From Woeseiaceae bacterium (lineage in GTDB: Bacteria; Pseudomonadota; Gammaproteobacteria; Steroidobacterales; Woeseiaceae), in assembly GCA_041746375.1 (NCBI GenBank), contig JBGTHC010000045.1:13204-77203 (forward strand): a DNA stretch of 64,000 bases, given 5' to 3'. Numbering within the stretch: the first letter of the stretch is position 1; each line of letters starts with the position of its first letter. Positions 40,143-52,291 of the stretch are shown piece after piece. The position numbers were made by a program, and so were the translations under genes. The notes beneath the pieces were generated by a model. It was not told where the DNA came from. It worked only from the letters and a program-made list of their open reading frames with translations, and made no database searches.

Positions 40143-40311
40143 CGGAGTGCAGGCGAAGCGGCTGCAGAGACGCAAGCAGAACCGGTGCTGCCGACTAACA
40201 ACCAGGCGATGTTGCCCGGATTGCTCGCAGAGCGTGAGTTCGCGCGGCGAGCAATAAAGAACAAAAAATGCGTCATAGAATGCCACGAGACAACAAAGCC
40301 CAGAGACAATA

Positions 40312-42081
40312 ATGAGCGGCTTGATACCTCAACATTTCATCGATGACCTGATTGCCCGGGCGGATATCGTTGAAGTTCTCGGCTCACGCATTCAACTGAA
40401 AAAGGCAGGGCGCGAATACAAGGCCGTTTGTCCGTTTCACGATGAGAACACTCCCTCGTTCACGGTTAGTCCGTCAAAGGGCTTCTATCATTGTTTCGGA
40501 TGTGGAGCGCACGGCACTGCACTCGGCTTTCTTATGGAGCATGATCACCTGAGCTTCCCCGACGCGGTGGAAAGCCTCGCCCATTTAATGGGTATCACAG
40601 TTCCACGCGAGGAAAGCCAGCGACCGGCGCGTCGTTACGACGAGCTCTTCGATCTCATGCAAGAGGTCGAACGTTTCTACCAGGCCGAGCTGAAGGTTCA
40701 TCCACCGGCTGTCGAGTATCTGAAAGCACGCGGTATCGACGGCGCGACGGCAAAGCGTTTCGGCATCGGCTATGCGCCAGCCGGTTGGAGTCGACTGCTC
40801 GACAAGTTCGGCACGTCGACAGAAGCTATCGAACGTCTCCTGGCCGTGGGCATGATCATTCGTAAAGACAACGGCAGTCATTACGATCGGTTTCGCGATC
40901 GCCTTATGTTTCCGATTCGCGATTCGCGCGGCCGCGCAATCGCTTTCGGCGGTCGCGTATTCGGCAATGAAGAACCCAAGTACCTTAACTCGCCGGAAAC
41001 GGTTTTGTTTCACAAGGGCCGCGAACTCTATGGCCTTTATGAAGCCCGCCAGGCTTTGCGCAACATCGAGCGCCTGGTCGTCGTTGAGGGGTATATGGAT
41101 GTCGTAGCGCTGGCCCGACACGGTATCGATTTCGCAGCCGCCACACTAGGTACGGCAACGACTGATGAACACCTGAACCGGCTTTTCCGATTATGCGACG
41201 AGATCTTTTTTTGTTTTGACGGTGACCGGGCCGGCAGGGCCGCTGCCTGGCGGGCACTGGAGTCGGTTCTGCCGCAAGCCCGGGATGGACGCCAGATACG
41301 CTTTGTGTTCCTGCCAGACGACCAGGATCCGGACACCTTCGTCCGGGCCAACGGCGCAAGTGCTTTCGAGACAGCGCTCGATCAGGGCGTCGCCATGTCG
41401 GACTTCCTGGTCGAGGAGCTTGCCGCGCAGATCGACCTGGAGTCCGTTGACGGTCGTGCCCGTCTTGCTGAACTGGCCCGGCCCCTGATCGGTCGCGTGC
41501 CCCAGGGCATCTACCGGGTCTTGCTGACTGAACGGCTGGCGGCGGCAGTCGGCCTGCCCGCCGCCAAGCTCGAGGCGTTACTTTCTTCGGGCAAACGGCA
41601 GGCTACTGACACCCGGCGAGGGCTGGCTGATAGCAGTTCGCGGCGGAGCGGCACGCGGCGATCCACGGGGGCCCTGTCCGTTGTGCGGCGGGCGATCACG
41701 CTGGTCCTGCATTTTCCAGCCGCAGCGCGACAGCTCGAGGTCGCCCGGCTGGACGGCGTAAAGAGGCCGGGTACCGATCTCTTGCGGGACCTCATTGAAA
41801 CAGTGCAGCGGGAGCCCAATATCACCATGGCCGGCCTGCTGGAACGCTGGCGACATCATGACCAGGGGCGGCATCTCGGCAAGTTAGCAGCCGGGGAGCT
41901 GCCGCCGGAGGGCGATTTCGATCCGGCCGCCGAACTGGCTCAATGCCTGCAACAGCTGGCCCGCGCAGGCAGTCGGGACCGGGTGCAGAATCTTACCGAA
42001 AAACAAAGCCTTGAGTCACTTTCGGACGCCGAGCGGGCGGAACTCCGCCAGTTGGGACGAGATTCAGCCAGAAACGGATAA
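40312..42081 (+). CDS. dnaG: DNA primase
   Basis: 589 aa. Zinc-ribbon [29 protein letters not shown], a TOPRIM domain (VVVEGYMDV) and a DnaB-interaction C-terminus. Confidence 0.95.
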   Translation: MSGLIPQHFIDDLIARADIVEVLGSRIQLKKAGREYKAVCPFHDENTPSFTVSPSKGFYHCFGCGAHGTALGFLMEHDHLSFPDAVESLAHLMGITVPREESQRPARRYDELFDLMQEVERFYQAELKVHPPAVEYLKARGIDGATAKRFGIGYAPAGWSRLLDKFGTSTEAIERLLAVGMIIRKDNGSHYDRFRDRLMFPIRDSRGRAIAFGGRVFGNEEPKYLNSPETVLFHKGRELYGLYEARQALRNIERLVVVEGYMDVVALARHGIDFAAATLGTATTDEHLNRLFRLCDEIFFCFDGDRAGRAAAWRALESVLPQARDGRQIRFVFLPDDQDPDTFVRANGASAFETALDQGVAMSDFLVEELAAQIDLESVDGRARLAELARPLIGRVPQGIYRVLLTERLAAAVGLPAAKLEALLSSGKRQATDTRRGLADSSSRRSGTRRSTGALSVVRRAITLVLHFPAAARQLEVARLDGVKRPGTDLLRDLIETVQREPNITMAGLLERWRHHDQGRHLGKLAAGELPPEGDFDPAAELAQCLQQLARAGSRDRVQNLTEKQSLESLSDAERAELRQLGRDSARNG

Positions 42082-42149
42082 TTGTAGTTTGTACAAGGTC
42101 GAACGAGTATGATTGGTCGTTTGCATTTTTTGCATGGAGGTTCTTAGTC

Positions 42150-43985
42150 TTGAGCGAGAAGCGCGCAGTAATCAGCGGTAACAAGCAGACCCAGCAGTTG
42201 AAGGATCTGATTGCCCGCGGCAAGGAGCAAGGCTACCTCACGTACGCAGAGGTCAACGATCACCTGCCCAGCGGTATCGTGGATCCGGAACAGATCGAAG
42301 ACATCGTAAACATGATCAACGATATGGGTATTGCGGTGCATGAAAAAGCACCGGATGCCGAATCGTTGGTACTTTCCGATACTGCTGTATCGAACGACGA
42401 CGATGACGCCGCTGAAGAAGCCGAGGCGGCACTGGCCAGCGTCGATGCCGAGTTCGGACGAACGACCGATCCGGTGCGCATGTACATGCGTGAAATGGGT
42501 ACGGTCGAACTGCTGACTCGCCAAGGCGAAATCGAAATCGCCAAGCGCATTGAAGACGGCCTCAACCAGGTCAAGTACCACATGGCGCATTTCCCGCCGA
42601 CACTCGAACGCATGCTTGAAGTCTACGATGCCGTAGCCGCCGGCGACACACGCATGCAGGACTTCGTCGTTGGTTTCATTGACCCGAATGCTCCCGATGA
42701 AATCAAATCGCCGGTGGCCAAGTCAGACAACGACGATAATGACAGCAGCGAAGAGGAAATAGTCGATACCGGACCGGATCCGGACGAAGTTGGCGCGCGC
42801 GTCAAAGCAATTCGTCGCTTATACAAAAAAGTGCTGGTAGCTCTCGAGAAATCCGGCAGCAGGGATAAGAAAACGGCAAAAATTCGCGCAGAACTCGCGG
42901 ACCAGCTCATGGAACTCAAACTCGCTCCCAAGCTTACAGATGCGCTGGTTCGCAACTTGCGTGATTCCGTATCAGTTGTCCGCACCCAGGAACGGCAGGT
43001 CATGCAACTCTGCGTGCGTGATGCCGGCATGCCCAAGAAAGACTTTCTTGCAAGCTTTCCGAAAAGCGAAACGGATCTCAAGTGGATCGACAAACATATC
43101 CGTGCGAAGCGCAAACATTCGTCGACGCTGGGCAAGCTGAAGGACGATGTCCTGCGCGCGCAGCGGAAATTGCTGGCCGTCGAAACGCTCACCAACCTGA
43201 AGATTGCCGAGATCAAGGAGATCAATCGGCAAATGTCGATCGGCGAAGCGAAAGCCCGCAGGGCCAAGAAGGAAATGGTCGAAGCCAACCTTCGGCTCGT
43301 CATCTCTATCGCCAAGAAGTACACGAATCGCGGCTTGCAATTCCTGGACCTTATTCAGGAAGGCAATATCGGTTTGATGAAAGCCGTTGACAAGTTCGAG
43401 TATCGGCGCGGGTACAAGTTTTCAACTTATGCGACCTGGTGGATTCGCCAGGCGATCACCCGATCCATTGCCGATCAGGCCCGCACCATCCGCATTCCGG
43501 TGCACATGATCGAAACGATTAACAAGCTGAATCGCATTTCCCGGCAGATGTTGCAGGAAATGGGACGCGAACCGCTGCCTGATGAACTCGCAGAGCGTAT
43601 GGAAATGCCGGAGGACAAGGTACGCAAGGTACTGAAGATCGCGAAAGAACCGATTTCGATGGAGACTCCGATCGGTGATGACGAGGACTCACATCTCGGC
43701 GACTTTATCGAGGACCAGACCGTGCACTCACCGGTAGATTCCGCCACCTCGGAAGGCCTCAAGGAAACGACGCATTCGGTGCTGGCCGGCCTGACGCCGC
43801 GCGAAGCAAAGGTGCTGCGTATGCGCTTCGGTATCGACATGAATACCGACCACACACTTGAAGAAGTCGGCAAGCAGTTTGACGTCACGCGCGAGCGCAT
43901 TCGCCAGATCGAAGCCAAAGCCCTGCGAAAACTGCGTCATCCAACCCGTTCTGACCAGTTGCGCAGTTTCCTGATCGAGGATTGA
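42150..43985 (+). CDS. rpoD: RNA polymerase primary sigma factor sigma-70
   Basis: 611 aa with a TTG start. Regions 1.1 to 4.2 are present, including [27 protein letters not shown] and an acidic non-conserved region. Confidence 0.95.
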   Translation: MSEKRAVISGNKQTQQLKDLIARGKEQGYLTYAEVNDHLPSGIVDPEQIEDIVNMINDMGIAVHEKAPDAESLVLSDTAVSNDDDDAAEEAEAALASVDAEFGRTTDPVRMYMREMGTVELLTRQGEIEIAKRIEDGLNQVKYHMAHFPPTLERMLEVYDAVAAGDTRMQDFVVGFIDPNAPDEIKSPVAKSDNDDNDSSEEEIVDTGPDPDEVGARVKAIRRLYKKVLVALEKSGSRDKKTAKIRAELADQLMELKLAPKLTDALVRNLRDSVSVVRTQERQVMQLCVRDAGMPKKDFLASFPKSETDLKWIDKHIRAKRKHSSTLGKLKDDVLRAQRKLLAVETLTNLKIAEIKEINRQMSIGEAKARRAKKEMVEANLRLVISIAKKYTNRGLQFLDLIQEGNIGLMKAVDKFEYRRGYKFSTYATWWIRQAITRSIADQARTIRIPVHMIETINKLNRISRQMLQEMGREPLPDELAERMEMPEDKVRKVLKIAKEPISMETPIGDDEDSHLGDFIEDQTVHSPVDSATSEGLKETTHSVLAGLTPREAKVLRMRFGIDMNTDHTLEEVGKQFDVTRERIRQIEAKALRKLRHPTRSDQLRSFLIED

Positions 43986-43993
43986 TTCGGATG

Positions 43994-44025
43994 CCGGAAG
44001 TGGGTCGATCGCGACTCACTTTCGG
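43994..44025 (+). terminator. strong hairpin after rpoD, no U-tract
   Basis: 14-bp stem (two G-U pairs) CCGGAAGTGGGTCG-ATCG-CGACTCACTTTCGG, starting 9 nt after the rpoD stop. No T-run follows it. Confidence 0.4.
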
Positions 44026-44066
44026 ACCGGACGATGCGCTCGATTGCGGTATACTCGCGCGTCCGT

Positions 44067-44143
<77 letters not shown>

Positions 44144-44227
44144 TTACTTCCTGCCTTCGGTCTGCGTCACGACCCCGACAATCATCAGGCGCTGCTACTC
44201 GGCAACAACTGTGTCGTCGTTTAACGT

Positions 44228-44256
44228 GGTTCAAGTCCTACCGGGCCCACCATTAC
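44228..44256 (+). repeat. direct repeat copy 2 (orphan tRNA 3'-end fragment, att-like)
   Basis: Identical 29-mer 109 bp downstream of copy 1, with no tRNA 5' half in front of it. On the opposite strand it encodes the last eight codons and the stop of the 1301-aa sensor gene. Confidence 0.95.
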
Positions 44257-47200
44257 CCTGCTTACCCAGTTTGCGGATCAGTGCCGGCACTTCGGACGGC
44301 GGCACGGGTTGGCTCAGGTAGTATCCCTGCATTTCGTCACATTGCAGTTCGGCGAGCAGTTCCGCCTGCTCTGCCGTCTCGACACCCTCCGCGACAACCT
44401 TGAGCCCCAGCGAGTGTGCCAGCGATATCGTCGACCTGACAATCGTCAGGCTGTTCTGGTCCTGCGTCATGCCGAATACAAAGCTCCGATCGATTTTCAG
44501 TGCGTGTATCGGCAATCGGGAGATGTATGCCAGCGACGAGTAACCAGTACCAAAATCGTCTACAGCAATCTGCACGCCGAGACCATGCAATGTTTGCAGC
44601 TTCGGTACGATTGAGTCGACATTCTCCATCAGCACGCTTTCCGTCAACTCGAGGTCGAGCGCACACCCTGCGTCTGCGGTCTGTTCGTGGGCCTGCATGA
44701 TCGACGCGACGAAATCGTCCTCGCGCAATTGCATCAGGGATACGTTGATTGCAACGCGCGGCACGGAAACCTGCTGCTGCTTCCAATGACAGCAGTCATC
44801 GACAACCTTGGTCAAAGCTCGACGTCCGGCAACAAGTATGAGCCCGGTTTGCTCCATGATCGGGATAAACTTCCCGGGCTGCACCATGTTGCCCGACTCA
44901 CGGTCCCGCCAGCGCATTAAAGCCTCGAATCCTGTTAACGCACCGGTACGCAAGCACGTTTTCGGCTGGTACCACATCAGGATTTCATCCTGCTCGAGCG
45001 CAAGGCGTAAGCGGTTCTCGAGACGCATCGAGTCGGCGACCCGCTCATTCATTTCCGGGCTGTAGAACTGGAAGCGAATATTCTGCTTTTCGGCACTGCG
45101 TTGGGCTGCTTCTGCGTTACTCAGCAGCCCGTATGAGTCAACTCCGTCACCTGGAAACACGGCCACACCTGACGTTGCCGATACCCTCAGATCTTCCCCC
45201 TGCAGGACAAACGGCCGGCCGAACACCTGTTCGTTCAGGTCATCCAGGGCATGTGCCGTGCGTGCGGCCTGCCATTCGCCTGAGATGGCCACGGCAAATG
45301 AATCCGGTCCGACTCTTGCGATGGTGTCCTGCTCGCTGGTCGCGACGCCTATTCGTTTGGCAATTGCAGAAATGAGCTTGTCGGCGTCATCCCGACCATA
45401 GGTCTCGTTGATCATGCGAAAGCGATCGATATCCAGTAGTTGCAGCACTACTTTCTGGCCTTCTCTTTCCGCTGCGCTCAGCTGGCGCTTGAATGCATCG
45501 AAGAACAGTTTTCTATTCGGCAAGCCTGTCAATGTATCGTAGTACGCCAGGTAGTCGACCTTCTCCTCTTTGGCGATAAAGTCGAGCGCGAACGAAATAT
45601 CGCCCGCCAGCTCTTTCAACAGCTTCAGCTCTTCTTCATCGAAGAAGTTGCGATCCGGGGCGTATAAAACGAGCACTCCGAAGAGATTCTGCTCCACCAG
45701 CAGAGGCAGGGATATGACGGACTTGGACCCCAGGCGTATGGCCATGCGACGAATGGACGACAGGTGCACGGATTCCGTAATGTCGTTGTCATACACGGCG
45801 CGTTTCGCTTGCAACGAAAAGCTCGCCGGTCCGTCGGGCACCAGGTCGACTACTTTACCGTTCTCCATTTCCGAATCGTCGAGACTGATCGGCAAGCCGG
45901 ATTGTGCAAGCATGCGCATCTGACCCGTAGCCTGGTCGACACGGCCTATCCAGGCAATTTTGAAGTTTCCCGCAGTGACCGCAATCCGGCACGCTTCGAT
46001 CAGGAGGTCCCTGCGCTTTCGGATCCGCACGATCGCCGAATTGATGCCGCTCAATACAGCATGGATACGACTGAGCCGGGCGATCTTCTGTTCCTGACGC
46101 CGCCGCGAGGTAATGTCGTGAAAAATAACCTGCATTCTGCCGGCCTCGAGCATTTTTACGCTTACCTCAGCAGGAAACGCACTCCCGTCCTTGCGCTTTA
46201 CCATGCGTTCGTAGCGCAGATCCTGTCCGGAAGACAGCTTGGCCAGTCGCCGGGTGGTCATATCGGTTTCTTCTTCCAGACAGGTTTCCGAGCCGTTCAT
46301 ACTTAACAGCTCGTCCCTGCTGTAGCCGAGCAATTCGCAGCAGCGACTGTTGACCAGCACAAACTTTCCTTCAGCATCGCAAATGAATATGCCATCAGCC
46401 GCCTGTTCAATCAGTTCCTGGTATTGCGACTGACTTTGCCGAAACTGTTCTTCCGCCTTTTTTCGGTCGGTATAGTCATGCGTGATGCCGAGGACCTCGC
46501 GAACCTCGCCACGGCTGTCGAGCAACGGCACGCAGGTAATTCGAAGAGCACGCTGCCTGTCGCCCGGCAAAGTTAATTCGGTATCGACTTTGCAGATTCG
46601 CTTGCTGGAAATCGCTTTTTTCAGCGTCGGCATATAGGCCTGATGAACATCGGGCGGAAAAATTTCGTCGTCACGACGTCCGATAAAATCCGCAGCCCGC
46701 AGTCCGGTAACTGCGCGAGTTGCATCGTTGATGAACCGGATCCTGAGTTCGAGATCATAGATCACAACTACATCCGGAATATTCGCAAGTGCTCGGCGAA
46801 ACCGTTCCTGCGACTCATGCAGCGCCAGGTCATTTCGTTTGCGGGACGTTATGTCCCGGCAGATGCAGTACAGGTAATTTTTCCCATCCAGCTCGGCAGG
46901 CGAATAGCTTATTGCCGTGTCGATAATGTCCCCCTGCTTGCGGCGAAACTCCGTTTCCAGCTGGCCACTGGTCGTCGGCAATTCCGGCCATGCATCGAGG
47001 AACAGCTTACGGGTGTTGTATTTGGCGTCCCAGTTCCAGGGGCGCAGCTGCACTACTTCCTCAAGCGAATAGCCAAGCATACTGGCGAAGCTGTCATTAG
47101 CCTCGACGATATTCCGATCGGCGTCGAAAATCAGAATGCCATCTCGTGCCTGTTCAAACAGGACACGGCGTCGCATGGCTTCGCCAGCGATTGCCTGGAC

Positions 47201-48136
47201 CGCGTCTCGCTGCGTTGCGTCGGCTCGATTGAGCGCTGTTGCCGTAACCCAGATCATCAGGACAAACGTCGTAACACTGGCGACGACAAGGAGCATCAAA
47301 CCGAGCTCAAAGCCGTACACTCCGGCCTGCTCGCCCTGCAGTGCGAACCAGCCGATCATGACTGGCAGGGCAATTGCCAAAGGCAGCAGTCGACGCGCGA
47401 TTGAGCTGCCGGTGCCCTCGGAAGCGAGGATCCCGAGCGGACTGCGATCCGCTTGTGCACCGAGAATGCCGATCGATACGACGGCAAACAGCACGGCTGT
47501 GTGCAGTGCCATCGTCGACGTCGGCCAGGTCGGATGCAATGCCGGCGCGCCGTAGACGTAGCCGATCACCGTTGTCAGCGAAACTGTGCCGATCACGAGC
47601 GCCAGCAACAGGGAAATCCGGTTGCCGCGGGGCTTGCCGGACGCCTGGCAGAGGAAGGCCGTTGCCAGCACGACGAACGCAACGGCGGTAGCCGGCGACA
47701 TCCGGCCATCAGCCATGTAGTCGGCTGTCGTAGCCGGTTGCTTCAACAGCAGCTCGTCGATGCCCAGCTGGACGCCGAATGCGAACTGCACGCCTGTCAG
47801 GAGACCGACGACAAGCACCGAGACGGCTGCGGCCAATCCCGCCAGCCGCGCAGTCGACCCGTCCTGGCTGGCGCCCAGATGCCACAGGGCCACGCCGCTG
47901 AGAACAAAGCAGAGGGCCGTGTTGACTTTCATCGTGGACCACTGCGGGGCCAGGCTCTTGATGACCTGCAGATCGACCACCCAGGCAGTCAGTACCAGCG
48001 AGCCCCCGATCATCAGCAAGGTCGCGCAAAGCCGGGAAACGGTCAGACGCTCAGACCGGGGGCGCGCTCGATGCCAGGCATCGGGTTTATCGCGAGACAG
48101 CGGCAAAGCCGCTGAAAAGTCGGCACGACTACTCAT
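44231..48136 (-). CDS. multi-pass membrane sensor with PAS/GAF repeats, degenerate GGDEF and intact EAL domain (probable c-di-GMP phosphodiesterase)
   Basis: 1301 aa. About 8 N-terminal TM segments, several PAS regions and a GAF-like region. The GGDEF motif is replaced by GPDSF (IARVGPDSFAV). The EAL domain is intact (FEALMRW, DDFGTGYSSL, KIDRSF). Confidence 0.9.
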   Translation of the reverse strand: MSSRADFSAALPLSRDKPDAWHRARPRSERLTVSRLCATLLMIGGSLVLTAWVVDLQVIKSLAPQWSTMKVNTALCFVLSGVALWHLGASQDGSTARLAGLAAAVSVLVVGLLTGVQFAFGVQLGIDELLLKQPATTADYMADGRMSPATAVAFVVLATAFLCQASGKPRGNRISLLLALVIGTVSLTTVIGYVYGAPALHPTWPTSTMALHTAVLFAVVSIGILGAQADRSPLGILASEGTGSSIARRLLPLAIALPVMIGWFALQGEQAGVYGFELGLMLLVVASVTTFVLMIWVTATALNRADATQRDAVQAIAGEAMRRRVLFEQARDGILIFDADRNIVEANDSFASMLGYSLEEVVQLRPWNWDAKYNTRKLFLDAWPELPTTSGQLETEFRRKQGDIIDTAISYSPAELDGKNYLYCICRDITSRKRNDLALHESQERFRRALANIPDVVVIYDLELRIRFINDATRAVTGLRAADFIGRRDDEIFPPDVHQAYMPTLKKAISSKRICKVDTELTLPGDRQRALRITCVPLLDSRGEVREVLGITHDYTDRKKAEEQFRQSQSQYQELIEQAADGIFICDAEGKFVLVNSRCCELLGYSRDELLSMNGSETCLEEETDMTTRRLAKLSSGQDLRYERMVKRKDGSAFPAEVSVKMLEAGRMQVIFHDITSRRRQEQKIARLSRIHAVLSGINSAIVRIRKRRDLLIEACRIAVTAGNFKIAWIGRVDQATGQMRMLAQSGLPISLDDSEMENGKVVDLVPDGPASFSLQAKRAVYDNDITESVHLSSIRRMAIRLGSKSVISLPLLVEQNLFGVLVLYAPDRNFFDEEELKLLKELAGDISFALDFIAKEEKVDYLAYYDTLTGLPNRKLFFDAFKRQLSAAEREGQKVVLQLLDIDRFRMINETYGRDDADKLISAIAKRIGVATSEQDTIARVGPDSFAVAISGEWQAARTAHALDDLNEQVFGRPFVLQGEDLRVSATSGVAVFPGDGVDSYGLLSNAEAAQRSAEKQNIRFQFYSPEMNERVADSMRLENRLRLALEQDEILMWYQPKTCLRTGALTGFEALMRWRDRESGNMVQPGKFIPIMEQTGLILVAGRRALTKVVDDCCHWKQQQVSVPRVAINVSLMQLREDDFVASIMQAHEQTADAGCALDLELTESVLMENVDSIVPKLQTLHGLGVQIAVDDFGTGYSSLAYISRLPIHALKIDRSFVFGMTQDQNSLTIVRSTISLAHSLGLKVVAEGVETAEQAELLAELQCDEMQGYYLSQPVPPSEVPALIRKLGKQGNGGPGRT

Positions 48137-48435
48137 ACAGGACCTTCGACGCGAACGTCAAAACTTTTGCCAGGAAGCCTGACCCGATCGGTTGCATTTC
48201 GGTGCACCCCGCAGCGCGGTGTGCACCCTATATATGAGTACGCAACGTTCCCCTGTCATCACAGGAATCCGGCCAGCAGTGGAGCGCCTTTGCCCACATG
48301 GAGCGCAGTATGGCTTAGTCTACCAAATATGGGTTCGAACAGAAATGTGCGGACGTTCTATCAGGAAAAGGGCAGCGTATGCGCTATGAGTGCGGCTGCA
48401 CCGTTGCGCATTTGCCCGCGGGACATGCGGAGCGA

Positions 48436-49071
48436 TTAATGCGGTTTCGTCCTGCGCCAATACAGCAGCAGTATGAAACCAAACAGCATGCCGCCAAGGT
48501 GTGCAAAATTGGCGATACCGGGAGCGCGTCCGCTGACCCCGAGGTACAACTCCAGCAAGCCGTAGAAAAGCACGAAATACTTCGCCTTCATCGGAATCGG
48601 CGGGATCAGCAGTACAACGGTCCGATTCGGAAAGGCCATGGCGTAGGCGAGCAGAATGCCGAAGACGCCGCCTGACGCACCGACGGTCGGGTAAATCCCG
48701 CCCAGCAGATTCGCAACGATCAACTGCACGATTCCCGCGCCGACAATGCAGGTCAGGTAGTAGATCAGGAAGCGCTGTGCGCCCATCACGCGTTCCAGGT
48801 CTCTGCCGAACATCCACAGGCCAAACATGTTGAAAAAAATATGTGTCAGACCGCTCGGATCGTGCAGGAAACCGTACGTGAGCAATTGCCAGGGCATGAA
48901 CTCGGGATACGCCGATGCGAGCGGCCATAACTGAAACCAGGTGCCCATGAATACCGGCCACAGATGTTGCGCGGCATACGCCAGCCCGTTGCAAATCAGC
49001 AGCGCGAATATAACGTTGGGTATGACGCTTGTGTCTTGCGGCTGCCGTCGCTGGTACGCAAATTGATTCAA
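48436..49071 (-). CDS. rhomboid-family intramembrane serine protease
   Basis: 211 aa. Catalytic GASGGVFG on one TM segment and HLGGMLFG on a later one. Confidence 0.85.
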   Translation of the reverse strand: MNQFAYQRRQPQDTSVIPNVIFALLICNGLAYAAQHLWPVFMGTWFQLWPLASAYPEFMPWQLLTYGFLHDPSGLTHIFFNMFGLWMFGRDLERVMGAQRFLIYYLTCIVGAGIVQLIVANLLGGIYPTVGASGGVFGILLAYAMAFPNRTVVLLIPPIPMKAKYFVLFYGLLELYLGVSGRAPGIANFAHLGGMLFGFILLLYWRRTKPH

Positions 49072-49134
49072 TTCTTCAAATATCCCGTCGGGTTAGTCGC
49101 TCTTTTCGGAAGTTACGCCGCTGGTGGCGCCTCG

Positions 49135-50831
<1,697 letters not shown>

Positions 50832-50835
<4 letters not shown>

Positions 50836-51392
50836 TCGATCGTGCCAAACTTCACGAGTGGGACGGCTGCAGCCTCGTCGGAACTTTTCTGGAAAAAACT
50901 GCGCATTTCGAAGCTGAACCAGCCGGCAATGACGTTGTGCGGTACCGATTCGATTCTCGTGTTGTACTCACGCACGGAGCCATTATAGAAGCGCCGCGCA
51001 AACTGCAGGTAGTTTTCGCTCTCGACCAGCTCGGCCTGAAGTTTCAGAAAATTCTCGCTGGCCTTGAGATCCGGATATTGTTCGGCGAGCGCCAGCAAAC
51101 GCTGCACGCCACTGCTCAATGCCTCCTCGGTATCGCCGAGCTTTTCAACATCCTTGGTCTTCATGGCCTCAGCGCGCAACGTAGTAATGGCCTCGATAGT
51201 TGCGCGTTCGTACTTCGCATATTGGTCGACGGCCTTGACCAATTGCGGAATGAGATCGTGGCGGCGTTGCAGTTGTACGTCGATGTCACTCCACGCTCCG
51301 GCCACGCGATTGCGATCGCGTACCAGTCGGTTATAGAGGACGGCGACAACAACCATCAATGCGACTATGGCGCTGACAAGAAGGGCGAGCAT
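50832..51392 (-). CDS. lemA: LemA family protein
   Basis: 186 aa. N-terminal TM then YNRLVRDRNRVAGAWSDIDVQLQRRHDLIPQLV, the LemA signature. The LemA-DUF2207 pairing is common. Confidence 0.88.
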
Positions 51393-51393
51393 G

Positions 51394-51852
51394 TCAGGAC
51401 TTGTTAAGGTGAATCGTCACATTGTCGCCAACAGCCACGTGGCCGCCTTGCAGAACGCTGCAACTCACTCCGCCGCGCCAGTCGGGCCTCAGGGCATCGG
51501 TCAGGCCGGGACATTGCTCGTCCATGCGCGAGCAGGGCTCTAATTCTTCGGTGATAAGAAGCCGAACGGAGCCAATGTGCAGCTCGGCGCCGGTCCGCTG
51601 CGGCAGCTCGAGCCCGTCGACAATGAGATTCGCGCGCCGGGCCGTCCAGGCAACGTCGCGTTGCAGCTCAGCGCATACCGCCCGCCACGCCGCCGCAGAA
51701 ACAACGGTGACCTGACGATCGCCAGGATTGCCGCGATAATCAGCGGCAACACCCGTGTCGGTAGAAATATCCGCTGATTCGAGCGTTTGCATCGGCGCTC
51801 TCTTCTTATCGCGCCGCGCGATACCCGCCAGTCGGCCCGTTCTGCTTACCAT
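51394..51852 (-). CDS. MOSC domain protein
   Basis: 152 aa (or a start at ATG 51792). ...RQVTVVS...RRANLIVDGL...LEPCSRMDEQCPG... is MOSC-like, with the conserved Cys. Confidence 0.7.
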   Translation of the reverse strand: MVSRTGRLAGIARRDKKRAPMQTLESADISTDTGVAADYRGNPGDRQVTVVSAAAWRAVCAELQRDVAWTARRANLIVDGLELPQRTGAELHIGSVRLLITEELEPCSRMDEQCPGLTDALRPDWRGGVSCSVLQGGHVAVGDNVTIHLNKS

Positions 51853-51961
51853 CGGACGATCTCCCCCCGGTCAGATGCGGCATTGTACCGGGAAACCGGC
51901 AAGCCAAACCCTGGTCAACAGGCAATCTGCAACAGGCAAGCGGCGGGCCGATTGACGCCGA

Positions 51962-52165
51962 TCAGTCCTTCAGGACAAAAGTGACTTTGAGGGTGACGCG
52001 AAATTCGTCGATTTCGCTGCCCTTCACGGTTACTTTTTGCTCCGAGACCCAGGCGCCCTGCACCTTGTCGACGGTCTTCGCAAAGCGCTTGATCCCTACT
52101 CTTATCGCATCTTCAAAGCTCTTCGTCGACGACGAAGTAATTTCCGATACTTTTGCAACGCTCAT
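51962..52165 (-). CDS. dodecin-family flavin-binding protein
   Basis: Track ORF extends to 52225. ATG 52165 gives the 67-aa MSVAKVSEITSSSTKSFEDAIRVGIKRFAKTVDKVQGAWVSEQKVTVKGSEIDEFRVTLKVTFVLKD, which fits the dodecin pattern. Confidence 0.75.
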   Translation of the reverse strand: MSVAKVSEITSSSTKSFEDAIRVGIKRFAKTVDKVQGAWVSEQKVTVKGSEIDEFRVTLKVTFVLKD

Positions 52166-52291
52166 TGGTTGATCCTCCAGTGTCAATCCCGGATTGCACA
52201 GCGCAATCTGAATTTGAACGTTCAAGGATACAGTGTGGAGGAGCCGGGGAACAACCGGCAGGAGGTGCGTGACAGGACGGTTTGAGTGTCG

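Noticed and set aside
39642-40286. 214-aa minus-strand ORF covering yqeY.
   Set aside because: It is antisense to a clear GatB/YqeY-domain gene embedded in the conserved rpsU-dnaG-rpoD operon.
44148-44227. The 80 bp between the two tRNA 3'-end repeats, as a possible small gene, toxin or sRNA.
   Set aside because: It is too short for a credible ORF, and no promoter or terminator was seen. It is best interpreted as residual island or junction DNA; see the finding on the repeat itself.
48137-48435. 300-bp non-coding region with ORFs 48167..48439 and 48192..48389, considered as a possible small gene or RNA.
   Set aside because: The ORFs have poor composition and no ribosome-binding site, and the region is the expected promoter/leader of the large sensor gene. 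Only the GGTGCACC palindromes stand out, and these are reported separately at low interest.
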